Assembly (NCBI RefSeq): GCF_008831285.2
Contig: NC_045138.2
Coordinates: 5,084,001-5,148,000 of the forward strand
From: Nymphaea colorata
Lineage: Eukaryota
Length of the DNA: 64,000 nucleotides
Direction: 5' to 3'
Every line of letters starts with the position of its first letter. Positions within the stretch are counted from its first letter, which is position 1. Shown piece after piece: positions 13,673-25,945 of the stretch. The position numbers and the translations under genes were made by a program. The notes beneath the pieces were generated by a model, which was given only the letters and a program-made list of their open reading frames with translations, did no database searches and was not told the origin of the DNA.

Positions 13673-14761
13673 TTCCCCAAACATCAAGAGACAGCAAAAT
13701 CAATAAAAAAAGCAACGCCCTCATGGTAGAATTTATAGAACGTGCACAGAATGTCAAATGGCTACGCCAAGGGTGACCCAAACTAATAAACAACTAAGTT
13801 AGTGACCATCGACGAACATCAGAAGAGGTAGAAAGACAAAACCAGGAGTATTATAACCTGTGTGCCCATGAAATTGACTCACTCAATAGATTTTTGAGGC
13901 AGGCATCCTGCAGTAGCCAAAATAAGAAGAAGAAGAAAATGACTTTTTTCAGGAGAAATTTGAAAGAAATCAAAAACGAAAAATGAAAAAGAGGATAGGT
14001 GACCTTAAACTATCTAGGGTATTCCAGATGGGCCCCATAATAATTAGAGTTTCAGGAGATTCGCCAAAACGGAGAAGAGAAACCATTGACCTCAGAGCAG
14101 GAAGGAAGAAGGCGGCAAAATTCCCGCGCCCGGTTCAAAAGGCCAGGAAAGTAAGCAATGTTATTACGAAATAAGCCCTATATTTCAAAAATATTCCCAA
14201 ATAAGCCATATGCGTAACATTTCTGTAATTTTATCCTCTTTTATTTAACCATACCATGCATTAAGGGTTGAAGGTTAAAAGTGGCCATAGTTATTTTACT
14301 CGCCTATGGTCAACAATTAACAGATCATCTGGTAGGCAATCAGTTCTTAATTCTTTTATTTCAATTATGCACATTAATTATTTTATTAACATTTGGTACA
14401 GCGATTTCGAAATTTACAAACTTTATAGGGTTCTAATAAAAAGATAAAAAGAAAAAACATTTCTCTCTTGCTGCACTTGATCCTATCCAAAGCGCTGAGC
14501 GAGCTGTAAAGCATTTCTCCATTTATCATATGCAAGAAAAATGAATTAAGAAAACAAAAGCTTGAACTACACAATTTCATCGAAAATTTTGTTGGTAGGC
14601 TTGTCGTGAGAACCGGTTTAGGCTCGCTTTTAATATGAAGCTTGGCTAGGAGAGGCAAAGGCCTTGGTGGAGCTTCACCCTGGGGTCTTAGTAGTTGAAC
14701 CTAGCAATTCATAACTAATTTTTTCGGCCTTCCATAGTTTTCTCCCAAGTAAATAATATAT

Positions 14762-14793
<32 letters not shown>

Positions 14794-15285
14794 TGTTAGA
14801 ATTTATAATGTAAGTATACATACATGTTTTTGTATCTACTATCATATATCTTAAACTCCTAGCAGTTTGATGTATGATTTGTATATATAAATGTATGTGT
14901 GTATGCATAGGACTTTTTGTAACTTTTTGTATTTATTTTGTCTTTATTTTTCATGCCTTTTTCTAAACCTTTTTCTTTTCCTTTTTTTATTAAGAAAGAA
15001 AGTAGCTGTTGGGAGTTCCTAGCCATTGGGAGCCCCAACAGCCACTTCCTCTTCTTCTTTTCTTCCTCCTTTCTTATATACTTCCTCTACAAATAGGGCA
15101 CTTGAGACCTTTGTTCTTTTAAGGCTTTTTGGCCTCTCTTGTGTATTCTTCTCTTGAGATTAATATATTTGGTATCTTCTCCTCAAGTTTGAGGTTTGGC
15201 TTTGCATTATCTATTGAAGTTGTTGGGATCTTTAAGAGTGTATCTCTTGAAGCATTTGTATTCTCGAATTTGGGCCTGATTTACA
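14794..15285 (+). repeat. 5' LTR (492 bp)
   Basis: Direct repeat of 19664-20170 with 8 substitutions and one 15-bp indel by manual alignment. Confidence 0.97.
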
Positions 15286-15297
15286 TGGTATCAGAGC
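15286..15297 (+). promoter_or_regulatory. Primer-binding site complementary to initiator tRNA-Met
   Basis: TGGTATCAGAGC immediately after the 5' LTR. Confidence 0.95.
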
Positions 15298-15587
15298 AAG
15301 GTTGTGGCTCTTTGTCGTGCTGTTTTTTTTCAAGACTTGAAGATTCAGCTATTACTCTTTCTTTGGATCTGTGAAGCACTTCAAGTGTTCGATGTATTGT
15401 CGGCTGTGATTTAACACAAACACAAGAGGGTTTTGTTTGCTGACCTCTTTTGGTGATATTTGTGACGGGATCAAGCTTCCTTGAGGTGAAGATTGAAGCA
15501 GTTTTTGGCACATCAAAAGCTTCTTCTTTTTTGTGGCTGTTTTTCATCCTAGCACTACCTCAATGTCTCCTCTACAAGGTACACATT

Positions 15588-18500
15588 ATGGATGAAAGAA
15601 ATTCTTCTACTCCTCTCCCTAAACTTACTTCATCAAACTATGTTTCTTGGGCAAAAACTATGGAACATTTCATTAGAAGTAAAGGCTTATGGGGACTTGT
15701 TGATGGATCTAAAAGTGAACCTCAATTAGTCCTAACCAAAACCATAGATGGTAAAGCCCAAGAACTAGATTGAGTGGAAAAAGACAAGGTCATGAGTGAA
15801 TACGAGAGAAAATGGGAAGAGTGGAAGATAGGACATCACAAGATTATCACTTGGATTATTGCTTGTGTTGATACAACTATGGGCCAAATAGCAAAACATA
15901 ATTTTGCTCATGATGCTTGGGATTTCCTCAAGAAAACCCACACTATGAAAGATGTGGCTTACATGTACAATCTTCAAATGAAGATTGCAAGTCTCCAACA
16001 AGGGGATAAGTCCATTAAGCAATACGTTGGAGAAATGGAGCAATTATGGGACGAACTTGCCCTATTTGAACCTGAATGGTATGATCCAAGAGACATTGGA
16101 GTGAGGGAAAAACAAATCAAAAGAGAAAAATTTTATAAATTCATTCTTGGTCTTAGACCGGAATATGATGGAGTCAAAACTTCCTTGCTTCATAGACATA
16201 AGGTACCATCTATGAATAAAGCCATAGCCGAGCTTCAAATGGAGGAGAATAGACTCAATTTTTGTAAAGAAAAGAGTGAAAGTGTTCTTGCTACTTCAAG
16301 ACCCGGCGCTCATATGAGAACTTATAGACCTCCTCATTTTAATCGAAATTATGAGAATAATGGCAACAAGAAGATTATATGTTTCTATTGTCAAGAAGAA
16401 GGACACACTAAACCTAGGTGTCCTAAATTGAGGAGATTTGACAAAAAGACAAGTGTGGCTGGGACAATGTATGAAGAAAGCAATCGATTTGACCTAGACA
16501 AGCTTATTGATGCTCTTCAACCACTACTCAAAGGGAAAGGGACTTCTCCAACTTCCGGAGCAACGATAGCATCTACATCTTCAAGTAAGTACTCTTGGAT
16601 TCTTGATTCTGGAGCTTCTTTTCATATGACCCCTTGTAGTTCATTACTTACCGAATGCACTAAGGAGGAATCGTGCCCTTTTGTTAAAACCGCCGATGGA
16701 ACTCCTCTTGAAATCAGATGTGTTGGGAATATTGATCAAAATTTTGATTCAAAAGTTTTCAAAATACCAAAAGTTAGATTCATTCCCAAATTTAACTTAA
16801 ATCTCTTGTCGGTTTCTCAAATAACAAATCATGGATGTGATATTGTCTTCTCACAAAATAAATTTTTGATACAGGACCATCTTTCCAAGAAGACGATTGG
16901 GGAAGGTTCTAGGAAAGATGATCTCTACTATGTTGATTATTTGGATCTTTCCAACCCAACTTGCAATGTAGTCAAGAAGAGTGACATCCAAATTTAGCAT
17001 CAAAAACTTGGACATTCAAGTTTAGGAAAAATGTCTTGTATCCCTTTTTTGGAAGAGAAATGTAAAGAAATGATCTCATGTGATGATTGTATTAAAGCCA
17101 AAATTAAGGCTTTACCTTTTGGAAATAGAAATTTTGTTGCAAAAGCACCTTTTAAGTTAGTGCATTCGGATGTATGGGGTCCCGCTCCTATTATGTCTAA
17201 AGGTGGTTTACTTTATTATGTCATTTTTGTAGATGATTACTCTCGTTATGCTTGGGTTTACTTTCTTAAACGCAAATCGGAAGTCTTTTTTAATTTCAAA
17301 AACTTTTACAACATGATCAAAACTCAATTTGATGCAAACCTTAAAATTTTTAGAAGTGATTCCGGAGGAGAATTCATTTCCAATGAATTCGAAGAATTCC
17401 TAAAGGAAAAAGGAGTTATACACCAAAAGACTTGTCCCAAAACCCCCCAACAAAACGGAATCGCCGAAAGAAAACATAGACATATTCTTGAAACAACAAG
17501 AGCTCTCCTTATATCAAAAAATGTTCCAAAAAAATTTTTGGGCTGAAGCAATTCTTACATCCATTTACTTGATTAATAGAATGCCCTCTAAAATTTTAGA
17601 AAATATTTCACCTTTTCAAAAACTTTTTAATTTGGAGCCAATTTATAAAAGATTCAAAGTCTTTGGTTGCAAATGTTACATTTTAAATGACAAAAATGAT
17701 AAACTTTAATCTAGGGATATTCAATGTGTCTTTATTGGCTATTCCGAAACTCAAAAAGGATATAGATGCTATGATATTGAAAAAGATAAGGTCTATGTTT
17801 CTAGAAATGTGATTTTTTTAGAAGAAGAAAATGGCTTTAATGAAAATAAACCCAAGCATGAAGATGAATATTCCTTTTTATGGATAAAAGATGATGATTA
17901 TGATAATGATGATGATGATGTTTTGCACTATTCATATGATGATGCTCTAAATGAGGTTGATAACACTTCTTTTAATAGACCACCACCCAGGGATGTAATA
18001 GTTTATGAGAGAAGGTCTCAACAAAACATCCAAGAGTCTCAACCTACTCTTAGGAGATCTGAAAGAGATATTCATCCACCTCAAAAATTTGTTTCCTACG
18101 AGTCTTTTTCTCCAAAACATAGAGCTTGCTTATTAGCTATTCACTCTCTTGATGAACCTTCATCCTATGTTGAAGCCAAAACTAACCCACTTTGGGTTGA
18201 AGCCATGAACAATGAACTTAAAGCCCTTGATGATAATAAAACTTGGGACATTGTGTCTCTTCCTATCGGGAAAAAGACAATAGGATGTAGGTGGGTTTAC
18301 AAAATCAAAACTAGAAGTGATGGATCTATTGAAAGGTATAAAGCTAGACTTGTTGCCAAAGGATATGCCCAAGAATATGGGATTGATTACGAAGAAACTT
18401 TTGCCCCTGTCGCTCGTATGACCTCTGTTAGAGCTCTTATTGCTGTTGCTTCTATTAAACAATGGTCCATATATCAATTGGATGTCAAAAATGCTTAGGT

Positions 18501-19650
18501 ATACATGGACTCACCCCCTGGGCTAGATGTACCTAAAGGCAAAGTTCTTTATCTCAGAAAGGCATTGTATGGTTTGAAACAAGCTCCAAAAGCTTGGTTT
18601 GATATGTTTAGCAATGTTATGTTTAAACAAGGTTTTAAATCATGTTTTTCTGACACAGCTATGTTTGTTAAAAACACAACTATAGGTACAATTGTGTTGC
18701 TTTTATATGTAGATGATATGATTATTACAGGTAATGATGCCAACGGAATTATGCAGGTAAAGACTTTCCTTAAGAATGAATTTGAAATGACTGATTTGGG
18801 TAAACTAACATATTTCCTTGGTATTGAAGTTGCTTATAGTAGAAGAGGATACTTGCTCTCACAAATGAAGTTTGCCAATAACATTATAAGCAGATCAGGA
18901 ATCACTGATGACAAGGTGGTGGACACTCCTGAAGCTTTAGGAGTAAAGATGAAGATTGATGATGGAGAAATTCTAGAAAATCCCACCCCCTTTCGTCAAT
19001 TGGTGGGAGCTCTCACATATTTATCCATCACAAGGCCTGACATATCACATGTTGTACATGTTATAAGTCAGTTTCAACAAAGACCCACTTCATTACACAT
19101 GGGAGCTGCATTGAGGATTGTTCGATATGTCAAACACACTATCACTAAGGGACTTTTTCTATCCTCCTCATCAAACTTGAATATGATTGCTTATACTGAT
19201 GCTGATTAGGGTGGAGATCCTAATAATAGGCATTCCACCACCAGTTTTTGTGTTTTTCTAGGTGACTCTCTCATTTCATGGAGATGCAAAAAACAACATA
19301 AAGTCTCTTTATCTTCAACTGAAGCAGAGTATCGTGCAATGGCTACCACCACCATGGAGATTGTATGGTTGAAAAGCTTATTGAAGGACATTGGAATTGA
19401 CCTCAATGAAGCCACCAAGCTCTGCTGCGACAACAAAAGTGCCATCTATATTGCTAGCAATCACACTTTTTATGAAAAGACAAAACATATTGAAATGGAT
19501 TGTCACTATGTGAGAGAGGAATATCTTAGCCGAACAATTGATCTATCTTTTGTCCCTTCTGAATATCAACTTGGAGATTTCTTCACCAAAGCACTAGCTT
19601 CCGCAAGATTCCAGTTTTTTCTTGGCAAACTTTCGGTGATTACACTGTAA
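15588..19650 (+). pseudogene. Disrupted copia gag-pol
   Basis: Motifs: zinc knuckle CFYCQEEGHTKPRC, protease WILDSGAS, integrase LVHSDVWGP/RSDSGGEF/QQNGIAERKHR, RT YKARLVAKGY and LLYVDD, RNase H SSTEAEY/DNKSAI/KHIEMDCH. Stops at 15771, 16995, 17707, 18496 and 19207, a frameshift near 17530, and loss of the usual FLxGxLxEE segment after DVKNA. Confidence 0.95.
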
Positions 19651-19663
19651 GTTTGAGGGGGGG

Positions 19664-20170
19664 TGTTAGAATTTATAATGTAAGTATACATACATGTTTT
19701 TGTATCTACTATCATATATCTTAAACTCCTAGCAGTTTGATGTATGATTTGTATATATAAATGTATGTGTGTTTGCATATGACTTTTTGTAACTTTTTGT
19801 ATTTATTTTGTCTTTATTTTTCATGCCTTTTTCTAAACCTTTTTCTTTTCCTTTTTTTATTAAGAAAGGAAGTAGCTGTTGGGAGTTCCCAACGGCTAGA
19901 AATCTAGCCGTTGGGAGCCCCAACAGCCACTTCCTCTTCCTCTTTTCTTCCTCCTTTCTTATATACTTCCTCTACAAATAGGGCACTTGGGACCTTTGTT
20001 CTTTTAAGGCTTTTTGGCCTCTCTTGTGTATTCTTCTCTTGAGATTAATATATTTGGTATCTTCTCCTCAAGTTTGAGGTTTGGCTTTGCATTATCTATT
20101 GAAGTTGTTGGGATCTTCAAGAGTGCATCTCTTGAAGCATTTGTATTCTCGAATTTGGGCCTGATTTACA
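19664..20170 (+). repeat. 3' LTR (507 bp)
   Basis: Direct repeat of the 5' LTR, preceded by the PPT. Confidence 0.97.
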
Positions 20171-20572
20171 TATATATATATATACAACTACAATTTTGAT
20201 TTGGTGCACATGATTCTGCTTCTGAATTTCTCAAACTACTTTGGAGCTTTGTTCTCCATCAAGCATATAGCAGTATGATACAAGTAAGGGGGTTTGGTTT
20301 GGGAGTAGAGCTAGAAAAAAATTTTTATGAGACATTAAATATGTAGTTAACAACCAAATCTACCTAAGTTCATGAGGTAGTAACCTGCGGCCATGGGGCT
20401 GCCCCTGCCCCGTACAACTGGACCCAAATCCACCTAAATCCAATTATAAAATTTATAAATTTAAAGTTTCAAAATATCTCCGTGGAGATTGTGCCCCACG
20501 GACACCTCACCTAACTTGGTTTGGTCATGTCATGAAACCATGTTTCAAGTTGTTGAAACTGAAACATGCGTG

Positions 20573-20677
20573 CAGAAACTTTTTAAGCACCCACTATTCA
20601 TATGGGCAGCACCCAGCATTAAGCATTCTGAAGGCAAACATTGGTTTTCAAGCAGCTCCTTCAGATAAGGATCATCA

Positions 20678-20718
<41 letters not shown>

Positions 20719-20779
20719 CATTAAGCATTCTTAAGGCAAACATTGGTTTTCAAGCAGCTCCTTCAGATAAGGATCATCA

Positions 20780-20844
<65 letters not shown>

Positions 20845-20918
20845 TGTGTGTGTGTTGCAGACAGAAAACTTCTTAAGCACCCAGTATTCTTATGCGCAGC
20901 ACCCAGCATTAAGCATTC
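20573..20918. repeat. Overlapping local duplications punctuated by (AT)n tracts
   Basis: A ~66-bp unit at ~20615-20680 and ~20717-20782 is each time followed by (AT)n. A ~55-bp unit occurs at ~20573 and ~20863. Confidence 0.85.
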
Positions 20919-21084
20919 ATAAAGCACTCTTACCTATTATATCAACACACGTGAATTGAATATTCTGTGCAGTGAATATAATTTTGTATAAAGAATATAT
21001 TATCAACCTTTACCTAATCAAATCACAACGCAGAGCTCATTTAGAACAAGAGGTCATTTTATACATATATATATACATATATAC

Positions 21085-21119
<35 letters not shown>

Positions 21120-22335
21120 CATATGTATTGCTACTAACCTATCATGCCTCGCCTTAATGTATAAAACAAAGCCCCTCCCCGAATGAAGTCAATCAATTAA
21201 CAAGTTGCACATGATGAGATCAGAGAAGCCATGAACAGAGCATATATAAGCGGTTTTGGGAGTCCATTGCTTTACACCTACAGGAAATCCTGCAAAACAT
21301 CACCAAGTCCAGCCAACGTTTGCCAAAAGCTTTTTCATTTTCTTCCAGTATCCCATGCGGCTGCAAGCCGTTTCTGATAACTTTCTTAATGAGCATTAGG
21401 TCCCATCAAGAATTTTTTTCATTAGCTCTTATACCTGTCTGAGTTATTTGGCAAAATCATCAAGCCACATTCTTCTGTTCAGTAGTCAACACGCCAACCA
21501 CACCTGAAGCCAAATGATTTAGTAACCAATCATCGCCGATTCTAAGACAATTTGAATATAGACACAAAAACTATGCACTCTCAGTTTCTTCCACCTGGTT
21601 GTCTTGTTATTTGTGTTGAAAGAAGTTTCACTACAATTAGCTGCAGAATCGTTCACAAAAACACTGTTTGCTTCCTGTGCTTTCTCTTGAAAGGGACATA
21701 CCTGCAAATTGTGGTGTTCTTATGACCTGCCTCAATTGACCTCAGCACTGAGTTCGATGGATCTCAACCACCTGATCATCTGCTTCGGTTTGGCACATGA
21801 AAGATCAAGAACCACGACACAGATCTGGTGATTAGGTCGAGACATATAACAATACTATTGACTAGAAACTTAATAGCTGTTAGATTATCTAAGTTCTTTA
21901 TGTGCAGAGATGTTGCAGATGGAATCTGTGATCAACCACAGAATATCCTGTGTTGAGAAGTCGCAGAGTCTTGAAAATGACAGGAACAGCAAGATTATTT
22001 GGCATCCATGAATGTAGGATGAAGAATCATCGTCAGCTTTATAACCTCAATCTTTATGAACAAAATAAGTTCATATGAACATTTACTGTACCGAAGACCA
22101 AACCTTGATAATTAAACCTCATTGGGTTCAATGCGCTGAAAATGAGTCGAACTCGAACAGCGACTACCTTGTAAGTGAAAACCGAGTTGAGCTCAAGCTG
22201 CTGCAATCAGGCATGCAGTGGGTCTAGTTTTCAAGCCTTAGTCCAGTTCAGGAAGCCATTCCAGTCCACCAAAACCTTGGTCTTTCATGGCTATGAACTT
22301 CCAATAAATTCTTTCATGTCCTTCTACAAGGTAAA

Positions 22336-23353
22336 TCACGAAGTGGGGTTGGTGCTCACCCAACTACACCCTGCCAATTTCTTGACTCCTTTATCAGCCA
22401 TAACTTCTCTAAGTTCTATGGCTTCCTGCCACCTACCACAACCAGAATAGATATTTGACAATACAACATAAGTTCCAGACCTCTCAGGCTCTAAACCAAG
22501 AAGCCTCTGGCCTGCGGACTCAGCTAAACCTAACTCCCCATGCAGCCTGCAAGCCCCCAACAAGGCACCCCAGACTGATCCCTCAACATCCACTGGCATC
22601 CTCCTTATAAACTCGCTAGCCTCCAGTAAGAGACCTGCTGCACCGAGCAGATTAACCATGCAGCTATAATGCTCAGTCCACGGTGAAATGTTGAATTCTT
22701 TATGCATAGAATCAAAATATTTGATGCCTAATTCAACACAACCAGCTCGTGCACAAGCTGTGAGTACTCCAAGAAAGGTGATCCCATTTGGTTCCAGACC
22801 AGCCTTCAGCATATCATTGTATGTGGACATGGCTTCATTGCCACAGCCATGTGCTGCAAACGTCGAGATCATGGCATTCCAAGTGCACAACTGCTTCAGT
22901 TGCGTACTCCCAAATACTATAACGGCAGAGTTTAGCAAACCACATTTTCCGTACATGTCGATTAGTGAAGTACCAAGAAATGGAGTAATCATAATGCTTC
23001 TTCTAATCAGATAACCATGGACAGACTTCCCTTCATTAGCAGCCCCTAGACCACCACAGGCAGAAATAACACTAACCAGAGTGGCTTCATGAGGCGATAA
23101 ACCCATATCCACCATAGATTTAAAGAAATCAAATGCTTCTCTGCAGTGCCCATTCTTGGCGCAACCGTTGACCATAGTGGTCCAAGAGACGACATCTCGC
23201 CAAGGCATTTCAACAAACAGTTGGCGTGCAGAAGCCATCTTCCCATTTTTGCAGTATGCATCGAGCATTGCGTTGTGAGACACTTTATCTGGCTCAGATA
23301 TTTCAACAAAAACCTGGCGGGCATCGTCTGTTTCCGCAAAAATACCATAGAAC
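22336..23353 (-). pseudogene. PLS-class E-type PPR protein gene, 5'-truncated; remaining ~338 codons uninterrupted
   Basis: Repeats DVVSWTTMVNG, LGTSLIDMYGKCG, TWNAMIS, PNGITFLGVLTACARAG and EHYSCMVNLLG. E domain VWGALLGACRLHG..YVVLSNIY..GVKKLAGCSWV. The frame begins mid-repeat (RFYGIFAETDDARQVF) at a transposon junction and has a TGA just inside the element. Confidence 0.85.
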
Positions 23354-24278
23354 CTATGTCACACGGATACACGGGTACGGGTATCTTACGGATACGAGTA
23401 CGGGTACGCGGACAAGATAATTTCAAAATTTTAGGATACCCCGACACGGCAAATATTATATTTAAAAAAATTAAAAATAATAATGAAATAAAAAAACATG
23501 AAATTTATAATAAAAAAACTAACGTCCCTCTTTCTTTGTCCATACTTTGTCTGTCCTCAGAGACACAGCCAAAGAAAAACCCACTTTTATTTTAAAATAT
23601 TAAAACAATTTAATTTTTAATATATATATAAAATAATGTTGATAGAAAATGAGGTTACGGTGAGTTTGCAAACAATTTAAAATTATAACCGTTTTTGTTT
23701 AAATAACACAAAATTTAGGACCATTTTGAAATTTGTTCAAATGAAAGCTATAAAAGGCCCCTTTCGTTCGAAACCCTCATTTTCACCCTTCGTTTCTTTC
23801 TCTCTTCACTCATCCTTCTCTCCCAAATCACTACCTCCACGATCCTTCTTCTCCGGAGGCCAGCATGCCACCAGCGGCTCCAAGGCCGGCGACGTGGTAA
23901 GTATGATGCAGCTGACCGGCTGGTGACCCGCCATGGTAGCAGGAGGATGGGTGGTGAGCCATGAAATGGTGAGTTTTTTTTTATTTTGAATCTTTATTTC
24001 TTAATTTATTTGTTCTTTTCTCACTCTCTAGGTTTTCCCTCTAGGCTGTGGGTTGAGCGTTCTGGTGGAGGGAGACAAAATCCGGTGGATGAGATGGAAT
24101 GCACTTCAAAATAAAACAGAAGACGTAAAAAAAATCGAGGTTAAAACGGATTATAAAAGTGGTTCGGATCGGGTCTGACCCAGACCCGATCCAAAACGTA
24201 TCCGGCTGTATCGCCGTGTTGGGATTCCCATGTCGACATGTCGACACCGGTACTCAACCCAATCCGTGTCGACGTGTC
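23354..24278. mobile_element. Non-autonomous hAT-like element (CTATGTCACA family), right terminus missing
   Basis: Starts CTATGTCACACGG with CGGGTA/CGGATA subterminal repeats. GTGTCGAC-type repeats lie at the right end but there is no closing TGTGACATAG; the sequence switches directly into the inverted-repeat arm. Confidence 0.75.
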
Positions 24279-25945
24279 GAACAGAAATAAGATCTGACTC
24301 CAAATAAAACCGGACCGACTCCTAAACTCTGACCCGACCTGAAATAGGATAGCTAACCTAGGCGGGTTAACTAAAAGACTAGGTGTTGACTCGACTTAAG
24401 GATAGACGACACTAACGCTAACTGATGGTGGATTGTGACCACCCTCCTTAAGAAGTTGCCTGCTTTTGTAGGGCTTCCTTCCTGCTTCCTGCCGCAGCAG
24501 GTGGTGGATTGTGACCACCCTCCTTAGGAAGTTGCATACATGCTATGGTCCCTTGGTTGGTTGCGGCTTCCTTCGAACCTAGGCGAGGTAATGGTTATCA
24601 TTTGAATGTTGGTTTTCCTAGTTTTGGTTATTTGTTTGTCAATGATAATTCTATAACATTTAACTCTGCTATGCACCAACTTATGCAATTACTCTTTGTA
24701 GTATGTATGTTAAGACATTGTATTTGTTTGGATTTACAAATGGCTTGCACATGTTGTGTATTGTTCTTTATTGATATGCTTAGTATTGTAGTCATTTTTT
24801 ACAATTTTATTGTTATTTTTATAAATATAATATAATTCACAAAGTTGTTCGTGAAGCTTATGCTTCAATTAACATCACACCTCGCCTCGCCTTATCGCCT
24901 TTTACAACATTGTTTCATTGTTCATTTCCGAATATAGTGTTGTGCAAGTGGAGAATTTTGCTTATATGCAATGGAACCATGTTACAATGCAACATGAGAT
25001 TTTCTGCTGTTAGAAGGTATTGTTAGGATAAGATAGAATACTGCTTGGAAGGTTTTACTAACACAATTTACTTGAAGATAACCAATCTTTATTTGACGTT
25101 TTCTGTATAATTTTGTGATTGTTGATATAACTTGCTTGTCTTGCATTATGAATATAAAATCAAAATTTTGGTTTGCACATGTGAAACCAATGGGATGAGC
25201 GAAGCAAAGCCTATGAAGCCAGGCAAAGGGACATGAAGCGCACGCTTCATGCACCCGATGGGATTTGCGTGAAGCGTGTGACATTATTCTTCTCATCCCA
25301 AGGAGAGTAACATATATTGCAATAAAAGTGCCTTAATCATAGCCTGCAACCGCTGTGTCTAGCAGCATAAAAGCAAACAAATTGTAAAGTGAATAAAAAC
25401 ATTGATAAAAAAGGTTGTCAAATAAAATAAAGGAGGCATATTGAAAATTAATCCAAAGTTGAAGATCCACTCTTAAGAATACTATATATTTACACAATAA
25501 TAATGGAAGAAATTACATTTCATCCATCAACATGAGAGGGGCTTCGCATCCGTTAAACCCTAACAAACAGGAAAATCTACAAATCCACCAACAAAAAAAT
25601 GTCACGATATACACTGCAATAAAAACATCTTACTTGAGATCCGCAAGCTCTTTCTCATCAGACGAAAAAAAAAAAAATGCTTGAAAAAACTCACAGAAGA
25701 AAAAAGCGTCATGCCACAAAGCAGCAGAGAGAAAGAGGCTGATAGAGAAAAGACCTGTAAACGTTGTGAAAGGAAAAAGGAGGAAGTAGCAAACAGTCCT
25801 GTCAAGAGTAAGGAATGCGCCCGACTGACAGCAACGATGAGAGAAGGCAGCAGCAGCAGTGATTTCTGACGGGTTTCATTTGGACAAATCATTCAGATCC
25901 GTTTTAACAACGCTACTTTTTTACTTGATTAAAACACATTCAGTT
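24279..25945 (-). repeat. Right arm of the long inverted repeat (1667 bp)
   Basis: Reverse complement of 8275-10092. Lacks about 115 bp (left ~8658-8773) and several short segments of about 7-12 bp. Confidence 0.97.

Larger units (their letters stand above)
14794..20170 (+). mobile_element. Full-length Ty1/copia LTR retrotransposon, coding region decayed
   Basis: TG...CA LTRs at 14794-15285 and 19664-20170. PBS TGGTATCAGAGC at 15286-15297. PPT GAGGGGGGG before the 3' LTR. 5-bp TSD TATAT. Domain order gag-PR-INT-RT-RH. Confidence 0.98.

Noticed and set aside
15286..15297. tRNA-like sequence
   Set aside because: It is the 12-nt retrotransposon PBS, not a tRNA gene. No tRNA or rRNA genes were recognised in the window.
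23046..23595. 133-aa and 149-aa ORFs across the PPR/transposon junction
   Set aside because: These are shadow frames of the PPR plus low-complexity subterminal repeats.
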